Of a stretch of DNA of 42,430 bases, positions 1 to 11,189 are shown piece by piece; within the stretch, counting starts at the first letter, position 1; each line of letters opens with the position of its first letter. The notes below the pieces were generated by a model. It was not told the origin of the DNA and made no database searches. It saw nothing but the letters and a program-made list of their open reading frames with translations. The DNA is taken from the NCBI GenBank assembly GCA_013265495.1, contig MU058042.1:1-42430 (forward strand). Direction: 5' to 3'. The position numbers and the translations under genes were made by a program. This DNA comes from Vicugna vicugna. Taxonomy: Eukaryota.

Positions 1-85
1 ACCTCCCTCTTAGTTTTGCTGTGCACCTCAAACTGCTGTAAAAAATTTTATCAAGGGTGGGGGAGTTAAATAAATTTAAAAAACG
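1..85 (+). mobile_element. 3' terminal fragment of an old L1 (L1M-type)
   Basis: TTTTGCTGTGCACCTCAAACTGCTGTAAAAAA resembles the old L1M 3' UTR end and is followed by an A-rich tail; the same motif ends the L1 at ~15.9 kb. Confidence 0.5.
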
Positions 86-94
86 AAACCGCAT

Positions 95-570
95 CTTTTT
101 AGTTCATTTCTTCTCTTTTCTTTCTCTGTGGGTACCTTGTCAAAAGCAGCTAAAAGAAACATGTTGGTCCTTAGAACCCTCAGCTGGGAAATCTCTTTAG
201 TCAAATATACCAGTTCACTAGGTACATTTTCTATGTGATGTCACTGAAGTTACCGGTGTTGTGACTTCCCCACTGCGTGAGGGTGGAATCACCTTCTCCT
301 CTATGCTCTGCCTTCCTGTCCATCAAGCTCTCACCAACTGTCTCCTCGGAGTCTTTCTAGCTTCTGTCTGTTCGCTGCTCTCAAAGCCAAAGCCACCAAT
401 CTTAGATTAAAAAACAAAAAACAAAAACCAAAAAACAACTACCCCAGCAGGAGGAAGGTAGAGCTCAGTGGCGAAGTGTGTGCTTTGCATGCATGAGGTC
501 CTGTGTTCAATCCCCTGTACCTCCATGAAAAACAAACCAACCAACCAATAGCACCCTGCTTCCAGGAATA
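95..570 (-). mobile_element. MaLR (MLT1) internal-region 5' fragment, interrupted by a SINE
   Basis: Ends in GCACCCTGCTTCCAGG directly before an MLT1 LTR, as the reverse-strand start of MaLR internal regions does; recognised by eye. Confidence 0.5.
450..550 (+). mobile_element. tRNA-Ala-derived camelid SINE (Vic-1 type)
   Basis: A-box region GAGCTCAGTGG, B-box region GTTCAATCCC, 3' TACCTCCA, then an A-rich (CAAC)n tail. Confidence 0.88.
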
Positions 571-571
571 G

Positions 572-1105
572 GTATCTATTTATTTTATTTATTGCAGCTT
601 AACAAACCACCCCAAATCGCAGTGGCTGAAACAACAATCTTGTTACCGCATCGCCTTCCTGGTTGACTGGCTCAGCAGGGCAGGTCTCACCTGGGATTTC
701 TCATATGCTTATATTCAGTGGTGCCTGGGATTGAAGGCTCCACAGGGTTCGACGTTCAAGATGATTTACTCACACGGCTGCCAGTTGGCTTGGAACGCAG
801 CGGGGGGTGGGTGACAGGGCACGTACGCATGGCCTCTTCTGGTTTGAGCGTCTCCAGCAGGACAGCTGCTTTCTGAGAGGGATGGTCCCAAGAGTGAGGG
901 TTCCAAGAGACCCAGGCTTCTTAGGACCTAGCCTGGGCCATCCCAGAATATCATTTCCAACCGCTCGGTTGGCCAAGCAAGTTACTATAATCAGCCCAGA
1001 TTCAAGGTCAGGAAAATGAGACTCCATGTTTTGATGTGAGGAACCACATGCACACACCAGAGGAGTGGAAATGTTTGGGACTATCTTTGGAGATTAACTA
1101 TTACA
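572..1105 (-). mobile_element. MLT1-family MaLR LTR
   Basis: TAACAAACCACCCCAAATCGCAGTGGCTGAAACAACAA and GAGACTCCATGTTTTGATGTGAGG are MLT1 reverse-strand hallmarks; ends ...TTACA. Confidence 0.8.
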
Positions 1106-1220
1106 GATTTTTTTCCTTCTCATTTTTCCCCAGGAAAGCTCCAGTTTTTTCAAAGTCCTGGCTCTGTGTAAACTCACACTAAGTTGTTAAGGGCTGACTC
1201 TGGATGAATGCGCCCTGCTG

Positions 1221-1600
1221 GTGTATCAGTCAGGATGGAGCAGTTATACCATCATTACACATAACACCAAAATCTTGGGGCTGTTACCACAGAGCTGTTT
1301 CTCACTCATACTGTGTGTCCATGGAGGTTGACATCTTTCCCTGGGACCCAGGCTGCTAGACCCGACACTGCCTGGAGCACTGCTGGTCACTGTGGTGGAG
1401 GGACGGAGAGGGCACAGAATCGAGCATGGGGGTTGAAAAGCTTCCGGCGAAGGTGTCTGGCACCACGCCTACTCACATTTCATTATCCACGGTGAGTAAC
1501 GTGACCACTCTCAACTCCACGGGGACAGGGTGTGCCATCCTACCATGGGCTTGGATGGACAGCAGCTAGAAGTGTTTGGTGAGTGACACTAAGACCACCA
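1221..1600 (-). mobile_element. Older MLT1-family LTR (J/K/L-like)
   Basis: Starts TGTATCAGTCAGGATGG...ACCAAAATCT; contains CTACTCACATTTCATT; ends GTGACACTAAGACCACCA. Confidence 0.65.
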
Positions 1601-2124
1601 TGGGTAGTATTTGTATTTTAGCAGAGGCCGATGGATGCTTTAAGTCAGATAAATGCATCTGTAAAGGTAAGGGCAGGGGAGGTTCCAAGCAGCAGTTAAA
1701 AGTTGGGTTAAGGAGCAGTTTTGAGGCTTTCTGTAGATCCTCTCACACCCCACCTTACAGCACCTCTGCTGGCCCTGACCATGAACTCGCCACCCACACC
1801 CTCAAGGCAGTGCTCCCACATCCTCCCGAGTTGGGCTGACACCTGCTCCTCTCTGTCCACACCCAGGTAGGGGTGGGAGGCTGGGGGTGGGGGGTGGTTT
1901 GCATGCAAGGTGACAGACCTTGTCCTCTTCTGATTCTTTTAAAGCAATTCTTGAAATAGTTCAGAACAGCTCAGCCCTGTCTACAGTGAAGGGCAGGCCG
2001 CCCAGTCCTTTATGGTGTCCCTAAGCCTGCATAAGTGACCCATGTGGGCCTAAGGACACCAGACCCTCCCTGTGAACTGATCTTTTTCTCCCTCGCAGGG
2101 AAGATAGTTTGTCTTCTGTTTTGT

Positions 2125-2272
2125 CCTGAGTCAAATAGACCTAGATTTGAATTCTGCTTCTTTGAATTCTAGGTGTGTAACTTTGGCCTCTTAATCTTTC
2201 TGGGCCTGGATTCCTTATCTGCAAGATAGGAAGGATGACACCTACCTTACAGGTTGTCCTGAGGATGAAATG
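2125..2272 (+). mobile_element. MIR SINE
   Basis: AGACCTAGATTTGAATTCTGCTTC...TTCCTTATCTGCAAGATAGG...CCTACCTTACAGGTTGTCCTGAGGATGAAATG matches the MIR core. Confidence 0.75.
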
Positions 2273-2284
2273 GCCCAAATGACC

Positions 2285-2447
2285 ATGCTACTTACTAGCT
2301 GTGTGACCTTAGGCAAGTTACTTAACCTCTCTGTATTTCTCTACTTATCTCCTGGATTGTTGTCAGGCTTAAGTGTGTCAGTATTTGTAAAGAGCATACA
2401 ACAGTGTCCCGTACACACCAAGTATTACCTAGTGTTGACTGTTATTA
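2285..2447 (+). mobile_element. MIR SINE with internal deletion
   Basis: ACTTACTAGCTGTGTGACCTTAGGCAAGTTACTTAACCTCTCTG core, then MIR 3' part. Confidence 0.75.
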
Positions 2448-2659
2448 ATCCGAAGGTATTTCGTGAACTGGCTGACATGCAGAAGGTCTCCAATAAATGT
2501 GAGCTCTCTCTCCTCCCTCTCGTGCCCACAGCTTTGGCTGCGGAAGTTCGGTTTCTCTGAAGACCACAGGATTCCAGGCAGCCCACTTAATCTGGCTTTG
2601 AATAGTTTTTTTCATAGTGGCATTTGTTTGTCTTCAATCATCAGAAAAATAAAGTAACA

Positions 2660-2673
2660 GAGCCCCCTAGTGG
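2660..2673 (-). promoter_or_regulatory. CTCF-consensus motif (candidate)
   Basis: Reverse complement CCACTAGGGGGCTC matches core CCASYAGRKGGCRS at 13/14; motif match only. Confidence 0.4.
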
Positions 2674-2799
2674 GACCCGGCAGCAAATGCTCTGGGTGAC
2701 CTGGGTGCCTGTGAGGGATTCTGGGTGGGGACCTGGTGGGCACTACAGCTGTGGTCCTCACTCCCCAGCAGAGTCTTGTCACTGCACCGGCCCACAAGA

Positions 2800-3143
2800 A
2801 ATGGTATCTCTCTTCAGTTAGTTAAGTCCTCTTTAAAAATACTAGAGCATTTTTATAGTTTACTCCCTAAAATTCTTTCATATATTTTGCTAGATTTGTT
2901 CAGGTACCTTTTTAAAATCTTTATCTTATGCTTCATTTTAAAAACTCTTCGTTACTAATGTGTAAGAAAGCAATTGTTTTTGTATATTGGTCTCATATCT
3001 ACAACATTTGTGAACTTTCATCAATCCAATAATCTGTATATTCCGTTGTGTTTTTTACCTCATCTGCAAATAATTATAATTTTTATTTATTTGCTTTATA
3101 TTATTATTATTACTATTATTACTATTACTACTACTACTACTAC

Positions 3144-3187
<44 letters not shown>

Positions 3188-3435
3188 ATTATTTGATGGG
3201 GAGTATCCTGTCTGGTCTGCTTATGTGTCAAGAGTAAAAAAACTAAACTGCCACTGTGACTACAACACCCTTGAGTTATATTCTTAGTTAATTTTTTTCT
3301 AATTTTCTAATATATAGATTTAAAGTTACAAGTTTTCTAAATTCTGTTTTTGTTCAAACTCACAGATTTGGTATGTAAGGCTCTTGCATCATTTATTTTT
3401 TAAGGATTGGGTAATTTCAGTTTTGGTTTCTTTTT
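2800..3435 (-). mobile_element. Highly decayed old L1 ORF2 fragment(s)
   Basis: T-rich; TTTTGCTAGATTTGTTCAGGTA, TTTTGTATATTGGTCTCATATC and CATCTGCAAATAAT are L1 ORF2 antisense motifs. Confidence 0.6.
3098..3192. repeat. Compound (TAT)n/(TAC)n microsatellite
   Basis: Directly visible trinucleotide runs. Confidence 0.97.
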
Positions 3436-3964
3436 TTAACCCACGATACCTGTTTTTTCCTCTGCTAGCTGTGTAGATTGCAGCTCTCTGGTATGCCGCT
3501 GAGGACCGGGTATGGAGTTTCTGCAAAGCTTCCAATGCATTCTTGTAGGTTCACGGGCAACCGGGTAGCAAGAAAGGGGCCATTTGATAATACCGGAGAC
3601 TGAGTGAGGAGACAGGAAAAAAAGAGAGAAGAGGCTGGTGCAGTGACCCTGAGCAGCAATTTCAACCACAGGGCCCTCTGCCCTGGGTCTGGTTCCCCTG
3701 GTCAATCTAGACTCACCCCTGCATCTCCCAAAGTGCGTCCCTTAACAGTTTCCAGTATAGTCACATCCATTCCCTCTCTCATTATTCCCAATAGCCGAAT
3801 GATCTGGTCCAAAAGCTTCCCCTGCAGTCTTGTGACTTGGCCATCCCCACAGCTAGCATCCACCCACACTGGTCAAGCTTGTAATTCCAGGCAGCTCTAC
3901 TTGAATCCTAGTTCACACACTAGTATACATGTGTGGAATTGTCCTTAGAGATCAAATATGCTGG

Positions 3965-4170
3965 AGGTTTCCAACCAATTTTAGCAAATAAACTCTTTTC
4001 AACAAATGAAATCGTTGGTGAATCTTCAATATAAAACAGGTAAAAAGAGAGTAAAGGATCCCCCTGGGAGTTCACATTTTTTTAATTTATGGAAATTTTA
4101 TGACTGTTGTGGAACGAATGATGTACCTCCGTGAAGCCCCAGGTTTCACTGGAACAGTTTGAAAACCACA
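3965..4170. mobile_element. Probable hAT-Charlie-type non-autonomous DNA transposon remnant
   Basis: Begins GAGGTTTCCAA and ends CAGTTTGAAAACCACAG, resembling Charlie/MER terminal inverted repeats. Confidence 0.4.
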
Positions 4171-4184
4171 GATTTCTGCAAACT

Positions 4185-4300
4185 CTTTACAGATGAGGAA
4201 ATGGAACCCAAAGAAATGAAGGGAACTAACCAAAAGCACACACAGAATGGCAGATCTAGGGGTGGGGGAACTCTGGAATCTCGGCACCTAGAATAGTACT
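4185..4300 (-). mobile_element. MIR fragment
   Basis: TTTACAGATGAGGAAATGGAACCCAAAGAAATGAAG is the MIR core in antisense. Confidence 0.6.
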
Positions 4301-4317
4301 TTTTCTATCACAAGCAG

Positions 4318-4331
4318 CTGCCCTCTGGTGA
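4318..4331 (-). promoter_or_regulatory. CTCF-consensus motif (candidate)
   Basis: Reverse complement TCACCAGAGGGCAG matches the core at 13/14; motif match only. Confidence 0.35.
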
Positions 4332-4374
4332 CGAGGACCTTAATAGGAACAAGCTGACTAGTTGTTTAAGGAAT

Positions 4375-4565
4375 TACTTCTCAAGTGGGTTCTGGAGAAA
4401 TTCTTTCAACGTTTAATAGCAGGTTACCATGTTCTAATAAATTGTGGAAATGCTATCCTATAATTCCCAGTAGCTGACTCTCAGAGCACATTAATATGCT
4501 TAAGGCTCAGAGAAGTCCTGCAGTATAGAAAGCTATTTATCTTTGCTTAATCCAGTTTTTCCAAA
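4375..4565. mobile_element. MER103-like hAT-Charlie remnant
   Basis: GAGAAGTCCTGCAGTATAGAAAGCTATTTATCTTTGCTTAATCCAG resembles MER103 as I recall it. Confidence 0.5.
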
Positions 4566-5284
4566 AAAATCTTTTTTTTTTTTTCCGGGGGAAAAAGGTG
4601 CTCTCTTTTTTCTAGATCGACTTGCATTCTGCTCTGAAGCCCAGAGAAGGCTTTCTCTCAAGGAATGAATTTCTAGGGGCTAGTGCGGGTCGGTTGGAGA
4701 GAGGGCTCAGGCATCACTCCAGTAGGTACAAGATTTCGGGTATTGTCACCTGTACCATTTCCTTTGCCTATGAGTTAGTTGGCCAGCCTCTCTGGCCGGT
4801 GCAGGGATGAGGCATAAAGGAGACAGACGAGGGGAAAGCCTGAGAGAAGCGGATGGTGCTGACTTCAGATTGCCCGATGGAGCTTTGTACTCTCTGTACC
4901 TTCTGGGGGAGGAGCAGTCGGTAGTAACCTGGCTCTGGCCAGTGTCCTGGAACCAGGAGCAATCTCCTAGCCTATCCTTTCATAGTTTTCCCTTCTTCCT
5001 CTCATTTGCCTCCTCTTCCAAACCCTGTGGTTTCCCGTGTTGAAATACTTGCTCCTCTCCCGCTGACCCCTCCTGTCACCTCCCTCATCTACCTCCAGGC
5101 AGAGTCCCCTGCCGTCAAGTCTCTGCCATCAGGCTCTTCTTGATCCAGCCTGGTCTTCCCCAGAGCTGCGTGTGTGAGTGTGAGTACCTGGATCTTGAAG
5201 AAGGGTGAGGTTCCAATGCTCCAGCACCAGCATTTCCATCTTACCTGCGAAGTCAGGAACAGACAGACCTGATTCAGTTCATAA

Positions 5285-5298
5285 CCACCAGAGGGCGC
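5285..5298 (+). promoter_or_regulatory. Perfect CTCF core motif (candidate)
   Basis: CCACCAGAGGGCGC matches CCASYAGRKGGCRS at 14/14, with CpG retained; upstream TTCAGT resembles the TGCAG upstream module. Confidence 0.55.
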
Positions 5299-5739
5299 AG
5301 CAACTAAGGACGTTGAAAGAAGACGAAAACTTCAGAAGGAAGCCAGATCACACAGTCTTGGAGAGTTTCAATCTAAGCAGTGCAGAGTGGAAGGCTGTAG
5401 CGTTGGTCACCACTTGTGATGTCTTCATCACCTTTGTTCCAAACACAGTAGAATTTTGATGTAACACAACTCGTGGTCGCACCATTTCAGTTATGCCAGG
5501 GCCTGATTCCAGCCCTTCAAATATGTGCAGGCGAAGAGTGTTTACAGTCGCTTTTCAGTCTGTTTTCGAAGACATGAATTCCAATGGAGGGGGAGAAGTC
5601 CCTTTACAATAAAAAGGTGGCCGTTTGGCTGCAGTACAAAGCAAGGCTGGTGAAACGAGGCATGCAGTGAGACTGTCCTGGGCTAGCTGTCAGGAAACGG
5701 GGTGCTGACCCCGGCTCTGATGTTACTTACCAAGGATGC

Positions 5740-6015
5740 ACCCATGCACTTGGTACCCACTTCTATGGGGCCATCTGCACATCTCTGCCCCGGATTTCCT
5801 CATCTCTGATCTTCCAACCTTTTCCTTCCAGGACCTTGACCAATTGGCCAAGCTACCTAATGCTGCCAAGAAAGCAGTGTGCACATCTATGTCTCGGGCC
5901 ACTACTCTCTCCACACCAAGCGGATGGCCAAGTGAAGTGGTCCAGATTGTTCCACTGGAAGAATCACCTTCAGCCTCATCTTTAAGGGCCACCCTTGATT
6001 GAGGTGACAACACAG
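5740..6015 (-). pseudogene. ERV-L RNase H remnant
   Basis: ORF 5723-6013(-): VALKDEAEGDSS and LANWSRSWKEK align by eye with ERV-L LKDSGEGKSSQWAEL and LAGWSGTWKE; frameshifted. Confidence 0.8.
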
Positions 6016-6599
6016 AGCAATCCTGTTCTGTAAACCAAGACTGAGTTCAGAAGGGCATATGCTAGGAGGAATGCAAGTATGGAACAGTGCAGCAGAGATG
6101 AGTGAAATGGGAGTCCTGAAGACCTATTTACGTAACTTACTTAAACTCTCTGGATCTGCTAAAGACTAGACTCAAACCTACCACGTCCATTGCATAATAG
6201 ATCGCTGACATGTATGTCCGAGCTCATAACTCTGCAGGTTAGAGAACATGCCACTCACAATGGGGACTCAGACTGCGCAGTAACGAGTTGTCCCACGGTC
6301 AGCTCCCAAGTCTCTATCAGGGCCAATATGGTGCCAGGAGTTACTTTCCAAACAGCACAGCTCTCTGCCATAGTGCATGGCCTTGCTCCGGAGTCTGAGG
6401 CCTCTGTTCTGACTCTTCTACTGGGGACTGCCACACCCTTATCCACCACAGACACCTCTAGCTCCTTTGGATCTGTTTGTCACGTGGTCCAAAAAACAGT
6501 AACCACAACTTGGACTCGTTGCCCACTCAAAACAGGTGGCTACTGTGTCATCAGAGAAATGGAACAGAAGTCTAGGCTATGTTGGCTTCAACATCTAAA

Positions 6600-7400
6600 G
6601 AAACCCCAAACATTATGCTTCTGTCTTAGTATTAGTAGAAGCAAGGGCCAGCAACTTGCCCTTTACCTTAGAGGGATGTCTCAACATATCCCAAACAAAT
6701 GGAACTTGAAAAAATTCACCAATGTGGAATGCTTCTCAATCTTTGTGGAGTTTACCTCCCACTTTCTGGCATGTATGTGTCTAGTTAGCACATTTAGGAT
6801 ACTTGCTAGTTCTGCTCACCAGTTCCACTTAGCACAATGCCATCAATCTACTGGACCAGCAGATGCTCTGCTGTATCAGGACAGAGCACAGGAAAGTTAG
6901 CATGGCCCTGGGGCAAGACAGTGACTGTGTACTGCTGTCCCTGCTGAGTAAAGGTAACTCTTTTGACTCTGTCCCCTGAAGGACTGCCAGACACTGTGTG
7001 GACCTGCCCCAGTAAAGATCCATTTTCAGACCAGCAGCTGGAAATGGGTTCAATCTTGCTGTGGTCCAATGTCGTGAGTGAATTTAATCAAAATGCAATA
7101 GGGACCACCTCCTTCATCTTTCACATCTTTGATGATGGTGCTAACTCTGAAATTTCTCCAGAAAGGTGACATTGCTTCTGATTTTTCTTGGAGGTTGGTG
7201 TCAGGGATGGGGAAATTTCCAGGGCTTCCACTTGACTGGTCCTCCTGTAATGACCCTTTACTCCACAGATCAGGTCAGTACTGTGAGGGATATGTCAGCT
7301 GCTGAGTACATGCCAAGTATATCCACCCTAACTATATATTTGGGAACCGGGAGAGTAACGGCAGGGTGGGTTTGCAGATGCACTGGGTCTTCTGGAGGCT
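6600..7400 (-). pseudogene. ERV-L protease C-terminus and reverse transcriptase remnant
   Basis: KWKP, NQKQ, FTQQGQQYTVTVLPQGHANFPVLC; the catalytic YIDD reads TAG ATT GAT GGC (*IDG) at 6850-6839. Confidence 0.9.
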
Positions 7401-7439
7401 GACTTTGGCTGGAACTTAGAGTCCTGGAATAGTTCTTCA

Positions 7440-8750
7440 CCATGGGCTCTGGGTCTATGAACTGGCTTAGAGGCGAGGGCTGCGGCTTTCCTTTGCAGTG
7501 GTTAATGTCAGCCTACTGTTTTTCAGATCTAGATATTTTTCTGAGTATATAAATACGACAGCATTTTAATTGGTTGTCCATTTATCTACTCCCAGGACAC
7601 CAAAAGCTATTTAAAACTGATGTAGACCGCTATGGATCAAGGCATCTGAATCTGCCACTCCAACTTTCTTCTTGTTAAGTAATTACTTTCATTGTGCCTC
7701 TGAAAGCCAATACTGAGCTTTTCTCAGATGCTGACACCTTCCTCACCAATGGATTTTTTTTTTTTACTGCCTTAGTGAAGAGTGTGTTCTCTGAGTGGTA
7801 GGTTTTTGAACCATACAGGATCTAAATCTCTGTTTAATAATCCCACTTCCCTAAGCCTTCTGACTTCTCCTTTAATGCTATACCAAGCTGGGTTCTCCAC
7901 TTGGTTTACTGTCATTTCTTGTGGAGTCCAGGCTTCCAGTAGCCAGCCCAGCAAACTACCCAGGTGTTCTTGGCACAAATTAAGTGAGTCATAAATGAGT
8001 TACCACATGTCAATGAATTCCCCGCTCTCCAGCCCCATCTCTGCCACCCCTGGGCTAACACCCTCAATATTTGTTTGCATTTATGTTCTTCAGTTCCTGC
8101 TAGGTTTTGTAATTTCTTTCCAATCTAGATAATTTCTTCCTGAAACAGAGATTTTGTTTCTGCATCTGAGCTTGCTGAGACCTGAGACCTGGCTATCAGT
8201 CTGGAGACAAGGAAGGTGGCTGGAAGTTAATTTGTCTTGAGGATGACAAGCATCATCTTGAGAAGGAACTGCTTCAGGTGAGATCACCGAACACTCTCCA
8301 GGCAAGTAGAGTCTAGTCTCCTCTGGCAAAAGTGAAGGTGCTGCTTCTTTGGGAAGGAGACTTAAGGGAAGCTGGAGTTTCAAGATGCTTGTTTCATTCA
8401 CGTAAATGCCTCCATCCCAGAGCTTAGAGTCCTGTGCATTCCCTATCAGGGCTCTGATGGGACATAGAATATTTTCCAAGCCTCTGCATTTTATCTTAAT
8501 GGCAGTTCTGGAACATTTAGCACCAGATTCTTGCCCTGATTTTCAGCCCAGTCTTCCCTGAGGCTGCAGGAAATAAAGATGTGGTTTAGCATTGCCATAG
8601 AGGTCATCCGGATTTTAGATCGTGTCTTAAATTGACTTCCCTGAGCCTGTTGCTTATTTAAACATATTTAATGCTGTCATCAGCATTCACCCTAATTCAC
8701 AACCCTTGTCATTATGTTGTTTCTATGTGAGTTGGGTGCCATGACCACTT
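7440..8750 (-). pseudogene. ERV-L gag remnant
   Basis: ORFs 8090-8479(-) (IRALIGNAQDSKLWDGGIY) and 7772-7978(-) (SLLGWLLEAW...EVRRLREVGLL); C-terminal LSQFIDPEP near 7445-7470. Confidence 0.85.
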
Positions 8751-8967
8751 GATTCTCCCTGGGCATTGCCTTGGCCTACCTCCACCTGCACTTTATCCCA
8801 ATTGGCTACAGTGAAAGTTGAAGAATTCATGAATCTACAAAATGCAGAGGGATTACTCTTATTCCATGTACCACCAGCAACGAAGTACCTATTACTTTCA
8901 GACAGGTAGACCATTCAATTCCCTAATTCCTTCCTAAGGGTTGTTTTCTAGAATCACTCTTGGACAA

Positions 8968-9310
8968 TTGTTTTAGTCTGCGTTTTCTAGAAAGCAGAGC
9001 TTGAAGCAAGGACCAAAATGCTAATGTTATGTTTGTTTTTTGTTTTGTCACTTGCTTTTATTTATTATTTATCTATCTATCCATCGAGTTTATTGAAGTA
9101 TAGTCGATTCATAATGTTGTGTTAGTCTCTGTTGTACAGTGTGGTGATTCAGTTATACACACACAAATATATTATTTTTCATATTCTTTTTCACTATAGG
9201 TTACTACAAGATACTGACTATAGTTTCCTTTGCTATACAGTAGGACCTTGTTGTTTTAATGTTATATTTGTGAAATGTAAGACTGGAGGTTATGAGAGTG
9301 ACAAAAAAGG
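8968..9310 (-). mobile_element. Partial 5' LTR of the ERV-L (LTR16/LTR33-like), split by an L1 insertion
   Basis: TGTTTTAGTCTGCGTTTTCTAGAAAGCAGAGCTTGAAGCAAGG directly follows the internal-region start; right boundary uncertain. Confidence 0.5.
9037..9256 (-). mobile_element. 5'-truncated L1 3' end (artiodactyl type) with target-site duplication
   Basis: TTTATTGAAGTATAGT...GCTATACAGTAGGACCTTGTTG; TSD TAATGTTATRTTTGT at 9022-9036 and 9257-9271 (1 mismatch). Confidence 0.9.
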
Positions 9311-10361
9311 ACTGTCAGATACACTTTGCTTCAGGATAACGGGAACAAATTAGGTTCATGTTACTCTTTCCTTAGAGACTATTTAGCCAGATGCAAGTTT
9401 GTTACCTTCAAGGGCTCTACACACTATAAATTAAGGCTTAAGTGTGCTAACACTGTCCATGAAAGCACCCAAGTGTACCTAGTTTTATGCAATAGCTCTG
9501 CTCCCAAAAAGCATGAGAGAGCCCCAAGTTTCAAGGATCCTGGTGCATGACCCTTTCTGTCAAGTGTGGATTTGTTTGCTGATATGAACAATCATGCTCT
9601 AATTTAGCAGTGGGAAGAGTTTAGTTTCAGCATCATAATGGGTTTTCTTAAAGGTCCACGTAATCCAATGTATCCTGATCTCAGAAATCTAATTTGTTGT
9701 TTTCCCAAGTCAAATTGAATTTCTATTCACTGAGGATAAATCCAATGGCTTCCAGATAGCATACATTGGCAAGTACATTTGAAGGGCATGCAATTCTGGA
9801 CTGGGTTCTGTGGAGCTCCCTAGGCTAGGACAGTCACAGGTGCTGATGAAGGAAGACCAGAGGGAAGCCTTCACTATCTTTTGATGGCAGGACATGCCAA
9901 TGACAAGATAAATAATGAAGTAAGCTAATTGAGCTCAACAGCGTTGACTTTTTAGGGTTTAATGGAGGAGATAATCACTGCAGTGACAGGTTCCCATTTC
10001 TTCAGTAGGAAAACAATACTTTTCACTGTGAAAATACTGAGATGCTTTCTCTTTCTTCCACAGATTTATTTCTTCATAGAGAGACTTGTACCATGATATT
10101 TGTTTGAGAACCATGGGTGAACAATATAATGTTAGCATAAAAATGCTTTCAAAGCCATATTACTTTAATAAAAATCATGTGCAATTCTCTTAAAACCCAC
10201 CAGCAATGAGGTCTATTTTCAACTCAAGGCCCAAGTCTGCCTCTATATTGAAGGGATAGAAGAAATTCTGTTTTCTGCCCTGGATAAGCCTCAAAAAACA
10301 CGTTTTCTCTCTTCCTTGTGCTCTTTGTCTGGATCAATGTGGCTCCCTGGCCCTGGAAAAC

Positions 10362-10510
10362 TGTCCCAAACTCAACTGTGCATCAAAACCCCCCAGAAGC
10401 TTTAAAAATACAGATACCTATGGTTATATCCTCACTGACTCAGATTCTCTAGGGTTGTAGCCTGAGCATGATCTGTAATTTTGAAAATTCCTTATGTAAT
10501 TCTAATACAG
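10362..10510. mobile_element. MER5-like hAT-Charlie element
   Basis: GCATCAAAACCCCCCAGAAGCTTTAAAAATACAGATACC...TGTAATTCTAATACAG follows the MER5A layout. Confidence 0.6.
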
Positions 10511-11189
10511 GTCCCACAATTCTTGGATATTCTCTTCATCTTCTTCTTTTTTAAATTAGGGAATGGTTAGTAATAGCCTATTTTTATCTGCGCTGATACT
10601 TTTGAGCTACTTTTTGGATTCAATTTTTGAGGCTACCTCTAGGTACCTCCTTGGTAAGTGTGGGCTTCTCCTCAGTTTAATAAAGGATCATTTACCCATA
10701 TGTTCAACTGGGTATGTATGTATGCATCCATCCTTCCATCTAGTGAACATATGTTTATTTATTTTTCTTCCATTTTTCCTAGGATATAATTGACAAAAAT
10801 ATTTACATCTTGTTGCTTACTACAGGGATAACTGCAAGTAGAAACCCACAGGGTGACTTGAGCCTTACCTGTGTGGGGTCTACATCTTTTACTGAGTCTG
10901 TACTGGTCTGTGATTTCCCTGGAGGTAAAGACCACGTCTCACTACATGGTTGTGTCTTTAGTAATTCTTTAGTGTCATAACTGTGGAAAATGCTAGACAT
11001 TTTCAATTATTGAAATGGAATGAAATCGAGTCACAAACTCCTGTTCTCTATCTGTTCCACCATACAAACAATACAGAAGTGCTGGGGGTTTTCCAAAGAC
11101 CCATTACTTATTGGTATGAGCATTCAATAAGACTTAATCTATATACTTGAAGTCTGAAAGTCAGGGTAGGTCCCAAGGGGTTCTTGGGA

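Larger units (their letters stand above)
5200..8965 (-). mobile_element. Decayed class III endogenous retrovirus (ERV-L) internal region: gag-pro-pol
   Basis: Colinear minus-strand remnants of gag (RALIG...WDGGI; LLGWLLEAW...RLREVGLL), protease C-terminus (THPAVTLPVPKYIVRVDILG), RT (QGQQYTVTVLPQGHANFP) and RNase H (VALKDEAEGDSS...WSRSWKEK); left (integrase-side) boundary uncertain. Confidence 0.9.

Noticed and set aside
2075..2100. Strong-looking splice acceptor (also one ending at 10063)
   Set aside because: No matching donor or open exon identified; such sites are frequent by chance
2974..3237. ORF with poly-Ile/Thr resembling a membrane peptide
   Set aside because: It is the translation of the (TAT)/(TAC) microsatellite inside an L1 remnant
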